From assembly GCA_964016885.1 (NCBI GenBank), contig OZ024754.1, positions 32,798,001 to 32,862,000 on the forward strand: DNA of 64,000 nt. The letters are read 5' to 3'. This DNA is from Eledone cirrhosa (lineage: Eukaryota). Shown piece by piece: positions 57,359-64,000 of this stretch (the stretch's first letter is position 1; each line of letters opens with the position of its first letter). Below the pieces are notes generated by a model. The model saw nothing but the letters and a program-made list of their open reading frames with translations, was not told the origin of the DNA and made no database searches. The translations under genes and the position numbers were made by a program.

Positions 57359-57579
57359 GTGAAAGCAGGAGTGGATGGTGGTTGTATTTTGTAAGAACAG
57401 GTTCAGTTCTAAAGGGTGGGATCATTAAACCTCCCGTGGGGCGGTGAGGTGGTGGGATGGCGGGACTGGTAGTGGGGGAACCGGGATGGGTGTAGGACGA
57501 AGGTGATGGTGAAGGGGGGCGTGAGGAAGATAAAGGAACTAAAAAGAAATTAAAAAAAAAAGATCTACATATATTAACA

Positions 57580-57580
57580 G

Positions 57581-57614
<34 letters not shown>

Positions 57615-58146
57615 AACAACAGTAACAACAACAACAACAAAATTAATAATAATAATAATGATTTCTTAATAATAATAACGAAAGAAGAAGAAGAAGAAGA
57701 CGACGACGACGATGATGAAAAAGTATAACAGAAATAATGATAATAACGATAAGGATCTTGATGACAATAACGATGTTTTCTATAATAGGCCACAAGGGCC
57801 GCAACTGGTCGGGGATTATGTAATGGTGGACAGAACAACAGAACAACAACAACAACAATAAGAAGACCAGTAACAATAACAACAATAAGAAGACCAGTAA
57901 CAACAACAACAATAAGATGACCAGTAACAACAACAACAATAACAACAACAACAATAAGAAGACCAGTAACAACACAACAATAACAACAATAAGAAGAAGA
58001 CCAGTAACAACAACAACAATAACAACAATAAGAAGAAGACCAGTAACAACAATAAGATGACCAGTAACAACAACAACAACAACAATAAGATGACCAGTAA
58101 CAACAACAACAATAACAATAACAACAACAACAACAACAAGACCAGT

Positions 58147-58178
<32 letters not shown>

Positions 58179-59195
58179 GACCAGTAACAACAATAAAGAC
58201 AACATGACCAATAACAACAACACCAACAACAGTATAACGAATGAATAAAAGGACATTAAAAAAAAAGAATAGAACAAAAAATTTCAAAAGTGAAAATTAA
58301 TTTTAAAGGAAAACAACATAAATAAATAAATAAATAAGTTAACAAAAAAAGGAAAACAAAGGAAAATATAAAGATGAAATAAAGAGTGAAAATAAGTAAA
58401 AAAAGGAAAGAAAGGAAGAATAAAACAGATAAAGAAAGACAGATAGATAGAAAGAAAGAAAAATAGAAAGAAAGAATAAAAAAAAGAAAGAATAAAAGAA
58501 AGAAAGAATAAAAGAAAGTAAGAATAAAAGAAAGTAAGAATAAAACTTATGAAGAAAGGAAGAATAAAACATGTGAAGAAAGAAAGATAGAAAGAATAAA
58601 ACACACGAAGAAAGAAAGAAAGGAAGAATAAAACATGAAGAAAGAAAGAAAGGAAGAATAAAACATATGAAGAAAGAAAGATAGAAAAACAGAAAGATAG
58701 GAAGAATGAAACATGAAGAATGAAAGAAAAATAGAAAGAAAAAGAAAGAAAGATAGAAGGAAAGAAAATGGAGAGAAAGAAAGATAGACAGAAAGAAACG
58801 ACGAAAGAAAGAAAAGAAAGATAGATAGAAAGAAACGAAGAACGAAAGAAAGATAGGAAAAAAGAAAGAAAAGAAGAATATATAGAGAAATAGAAAAAGA
58901 AAGAAAAGAAGAAAGAAAGAAAAGAAAAAAAAGAATGAAAGAAAGAAAGATAGGAAAAAAGACAAAATGAAATAAAGAAAGACAGATAGGAATAAATAAA
59001 TAAAAGAAGAATAGAGAAATAGAGAAAGAAAGACAGAAAAGAAGAATGAAAGAAAAGAAAGAAAGAAAAGAAGAATGAAAGAAAAGAATGAAAGAAAAGA
59101 AGAATGAAAGAAAAGAAAGAAAAGAAGAATGAAAGAAAAGAAAGAAAGAAAAGAAGAATGAAAGAAAAGAAAGAAAGATAGAGAGAAAAAAGAAG
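57580..59195. repeat. (AAC)n and (GAAA)n low-complexity tracts
   Basis: Simple repeats. Confidence 0.9.
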
Positions 59196-59289
59196 CGAAT
59201 AAAAGCCATCTGATAATGAGGTTTAATAAGATGGCGGAGGAGGTGGTTTAATATGGCCACTACTGACAATGACGTAATTAGTGTTATGG

Positions 59290-60078
59290 TGTTATGTTAG
59301 AGAGTGGAGAATGTTATGTGGTATAAGACGACCTCGTCTTATGTGTTGTTATTGGTGTTATGTTGATGTTATTTTAGAGAGTGGAGACTGTTTATTATGT
59401 GGTATAAGACGACCTCGTCTTATGTATTGTTATTGGTGTGTTACTGTTGATGTTATTTTAGAGAGTGGAGACTGTTATGTGGTATAAGACGACCTCGTCT
59501 TATGTGTTGTTATTGGTGTGTTACTGTTGATGTTATTTTAGAGAGTGGAGACTGTTATGTGGTATAAGACGACCTCGTCTTATGTATTGTTATTGGTGTG
59601 TTACTGTTGATGTTATTTTAGAGAGTGGAGACTGTTATGTGGTATAAGACGACCTCGTCTTATGTATTGTTATTGGTGTGTTACTGTTGATGTTATTTTA
59701 GAGAGTGGAGACTGTTATGTGGTATAAGACGACCTCGTCTTATGTATTGTTATTGGTGTGTTACTGTTGATGTTATTTTAGAGAGTGGAGACTGTTATGT
59801 GGTATAAGACGACCTCGTCTTATGTGTTGTTATTGGTGTGTTACTGTTGATGTTATTTTAGAGAGTGGAGACTGTTATGTGGTATAAGACGACCTCGTCT
59901 TATGTATTGTTATTGGTGTGTTACTGTTGATGTTATTTTAGAGAGTGGAGACTGTTATGTGGTATAAGACGACCTCGTCTTATGTGTTGTTATTGGTGTG
60001 TTACTGTTGATGTTACTTTAGAGAGTGGAGACTGTTTATTATGTGGTATAAGACGACCTCGTCTTATGTATTGTTATT
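59290..60078. repeat. 60-bp minisatellite, ~13 copies, each with a hairpin
   Basis: Unit contains ataagacga-cc-tcgtcttat. Confidence 0.95.
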
Positions 60079-60090
60079 GTTGTTGTTTGT

Positions 60091-60320
60091 AGGGCGGTGG
60101 ATTAACAGTATCCGAAGAAAGTCGGACGCCATGCTTTGCAGCATAGAGTTACGGCCCTTTATGATCTGAGTTCAAATCCTGCTGAGGTTAACTTTGCCTT
60201 TCATCCTTACGGGGGGGGGGGGGGTCTATAAACTAAAGCACCAGTAATGTACTGGGGTCGATTTAATCGACTTTCCCCTCCCTCCACATTACTGGCCTTA
60301 TGCCTATACTAGACATCATT
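60091..60320 (+). mobile_element. MetaSINE-like SINE, long-tail subfamily
   Basis: A/B boxes, core and tail present. Confidence 0.8.
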
Positions 60321-60364
60321 GTAGTTGTTGTTTGTGTCTTATGAGCGTGCCTAGTATATATATA

Positions 60365-60623
60365 CTAGCTGGCCCCGTGGCGTCAAAAATGACGGCTAAT
60401 TGTAATATCTATATATAATATTAAAAAAAAAAGAGATATTTGTTTGTTGGTTGGCTGGTCCCTTCGCACTCCCATAAGTGACACAAACATACAAACATAC
60501 AGTTGTGACACATTTTAGAACGCTGGACTTCTATAGTTTCGCACCGGTCGACGTAATCACCGCTTTCTTTCTCAGTAATCTCTATTGCGTTACGGACAAA
60601 TACACAAGGTTATTATATTAGTT
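60365..60623 (-). mobile_element. Possible non-autonomous Helitron
   Basis: Minus strand ends in a GC-rich segment followed by CTAG|T and starts ctaatataataa...tgtgtatttgtccg; a second Helitron-like 5' end (tctatatataata...tgtttgttgg) lies at ~60408 on +. Confidence 0.4.
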
Positions 60624-60630
60624 GATGATA

Positions 60631-60820
60631 GGGCGGTGGATTGGCAGTATTGGGAGAGGGTCGGACGCCATGCTTTGACGTATAGAGTTACGGCCCTTGC
60701 CATTCTGAGTTCAAATCCGGCCGAGGTTAACTTTGCCTTTCATCCTTACGGGGTCGATAAAATAAAATACCAGTAATGCACTGGGTAATTGCTGGCCTTG
60801 TGCCTAACGTAGAAACAATT
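60631..60820 (+). mobile_element. MetaSINE-like SINE with 19-bp TSD
   Basis: attatattagttgatgata at 60612-60630 and 60818-60836. Confidence 0.9.
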
Positions 60821-61265
60821 ATATTAGTTGATGATAATTGTTATGGTATACATACATTGATATATATTAATATATTTACATATATACATACATGATGGCT
60901 GCAACTCAATTTCGAGTAATGCTATCGCTTGATATTTTAGCATAAGTATCACGGACGTGGCTTTTTAGTCATACTAGGGACTTGCTATGGCTAGCAATAC
61001 GATGCATCGCAAAAAATGTCACATATCAAGCGATGCTTGGGCTTGAAGCTTTTTTAAGTGAGGAGAGGTTTTGCATGGAGCCAATCCCATTCTCTGAACA
61101 TCAAATGCATTTACCCAAAAAGAAGAACTGGTCTACAACATTGGATGCCAACGATGTCGCATTTTTTTTTTATACCTGAGCGACCTTCTCCCAGAGAAAT
61201 GTCTTAATGAAGACTAGGAGTCTTTCGCTCCACAAAAAGAAAAATACATACATACATACAATCAA

Positions 61266-62004
61266 AGGCACTCCGTCGGTTACGACGACGGGTTGATCCG
61301 ATCAACGGAACAGCCTGCTCGCGAAATTAACGTGCAAGTGGCCGAGCATTCCAGAAACATGCGTACTCTTAACGTAGTTCTCAGCTAGATTCGGCGTGAC
61401 ACAGAATGTGACAAGGCTGGCAGTTCGAATTACAGCTACAACCCATTTTTGCCAGCAACGTGAAATAAAGTGTCTTGCTCAAGGACACAACGCAGGCACT
61501 GCGTCAGTTGCGACGACGAGTTGATCCGATCAACGGAACAACCTGCTCGCGAAATTAACGTGCAAGTGGCTGAGCATTCCAGAAACATGCGTACTCTTAA
61601 CGTAGTTCTCAGCTAGATTCGGCGTGACACAGAATGTGACAAGGCTGGCAGTTCGAATTACAGCTACAACCCATTTTTGCCAGCAACGTGAAATAAAGTG
61701 TCTTGCTCAAGGACACAACGCAGGCACTGCGTCAGTTGCGACGACGAGTTGATCCGATCAACGGAACAACCTGCTCGCGAAATTAACGTGCAAGTGGCTG
61801 AGCATTCCAGAAACATGCGTACTCTTAACGTAGTTCTCAGCTAGAGTCGGCGTGACACAGAATGTGACAAGGCTGGCAGTTCGAATTACAGCTACAACCC
61901 ATTTTTGCCAGCAACGTGAAATAAAGTGTCTTGCTCAAGGACACAACGCGCCGCCGAAAATCGAACTCACAACCTTACGATCGTGAACCGAGTTCCCTAA
62001 CCAC
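61266..62004 (-). mobile_element. tRNA-SINE with one head and three tandem bodies (228-bp period)
   Basis: Body units start at 61266, 61494 and 61722; single tRNA-like head at ~61950-62004. Confidence 0.85.
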
Positions 62005-62453
62005 AAATGGCTGCAACTCGATTTCCAGCAGAGCCTCGTAATATATAATTTCATAGAGGTAAATTTGCTGTGACAGTGTAAACTATGGTACCTGTCACAA
62101 CTTAGGGGTAGGACCATACCATTTTGGTTTTAAGTAGGATCACCTTTTTACTATTTTCTTAATATATTTATTGAATTAAAAACCGAACAGAGGGTCTACA
62201 TTGTTGTTGTCACATCTGTTGTGTGTGTATATATAATGTGTGGGTGTGTGTATATATATGTGTGTGTGTGTATGTGTGTGTGAGTGTATATAATGTGTGT
62301 GTGCATATATATATACACATATACACATATATATACACACACATGTATATATATACACACACACACATATATACACACACACACACATATATACACACAT
62401 ATATATATACCCCCCCCCCCACACACATATATATATAAACACACACACATATT

Positions 62454-62484
<31 letters not shown>

Positions 62485-62646
62485 TATATTTATATAAAGA
62501 TGTGTGTGTTCATATAAATATAGAGATATGTATATAAACATACATATATATGCATATATATATATATATATACACATGTTTGTATGTATGTATGTATGAA
62601 TTTATGCAGCTATATCTATATCTAACTGTCTCTCTCTATCTCTCTC

Positions 62647-62698
<52 letters not shown>

Positions 62699-62700
<2 letters not shown>

Positions 62701-62728
62701 CTATCTACAAACAAATTTAAACACACAG

Positions 62729-62782
<54 letters not shown>

Positions 62783-62812
62783 CTGTGTGTATGTGTTTGT
62801 TTGTAGATAGTT
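62699..62812. repeat. Imperfect inverted repeat centred on (TA)n
   Basis: aactatctacaaacaaa...acacacagct (TA)n agctgtgtgt...tttgtttgtagatagtt. Confidence 0.75.
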
Positions 62813-62852
62813 AGATAGATATATGGAGCAAAGTTTCATGAATGCGTCTTAC

Positions 62853-63176
62853 CTCCCTTCATCCCTTCATCACCCAGTCCGAGTGACAGATGCTGGACAG
62901 GCGCCATCTTTAATCAGTGTGACAAGAATATGGTGTGGTTGCTAGGTGTTATTATACGGAATACTGTGGTAGGATATGGCCTTTAAAGAGTTAAATCGAC
63001 ACTAGGCTGGCTGAATGATGTTGTACTGTGTTTTCTTACGGCACGGTTGACCGCATAAATAAATGGCTGGATGAATAGCGGATCTAGTTGAATGAGTATG
63101 ATTTATAATTTGGACACTTTGCTGTTTAAACTGACCTGTGGTTCTGTGCACCAGGGAGCGCTCTCCCACATTGTTC
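62853..63176 (-). other. Candidate host-gene exon (5'UTR plus start codon, MAPVQHLSLGLGDEGMKG)
   Basis: Unique non-repeat sequence bounded by ttccag|G and GAG|gtaaga; aagATGg at 62907. Confidence 0.3.
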
Positions 63177-63279
63177 CTGGAATATATCATTGAGGGAGCC
63201 GTGGTATAGGTTGCTGATATTTGGGCTTACATACATATACATACATATGTTCATATACGCATGGTCATATACAAGCACA

Positions 63280-63982
<703 letters not shown>

Positions 63983-64000
63983 ACTGACCTTAACAACATC

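Overview
AT-rich, microsatellite-saturated eukaryotic DNA. The repeat content (MetaSINE-like and other tRNA-SINEs, RTE/Tx1/CR1-group LINEs, long (TA)n/(CA)n arrays) suggests an octopod cephalopod; this is an inference. The only convincing long protein-coding unit is an apparently intact ~4.4 kb CR1-group LINE (14146-18512). Its ORF1 is unusual (Myb/SANT-like domain, polyQ, two CCCH fingers), and its AUG-less ORF2 overlaps ORF1 in the -1 frame across two canonical slippery heptamers. The most striking pattern is a set of short non-coding elements, often palindromic, inserted in (TA)n tracts. They carry minimal type I hammerhead ribozymes (about ten complete motifs from several unrelated families, plus variant and half motifs). 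A 5'-truncated Penelope-like element (GIY-YIG endonuclease) with its own 3' hammerhead is also present and is a plausible partner family. Other content: SINE tandem arrays, an RTE copy with a twin-priming-like inversion, a microsatellite-associated Tx1-like 3' end, mariner/pogo MITEs, minisatellites and one candidate host first coding exon near the right end (minus strand). Nearly all other listed ORFs are translations of simple repeats.
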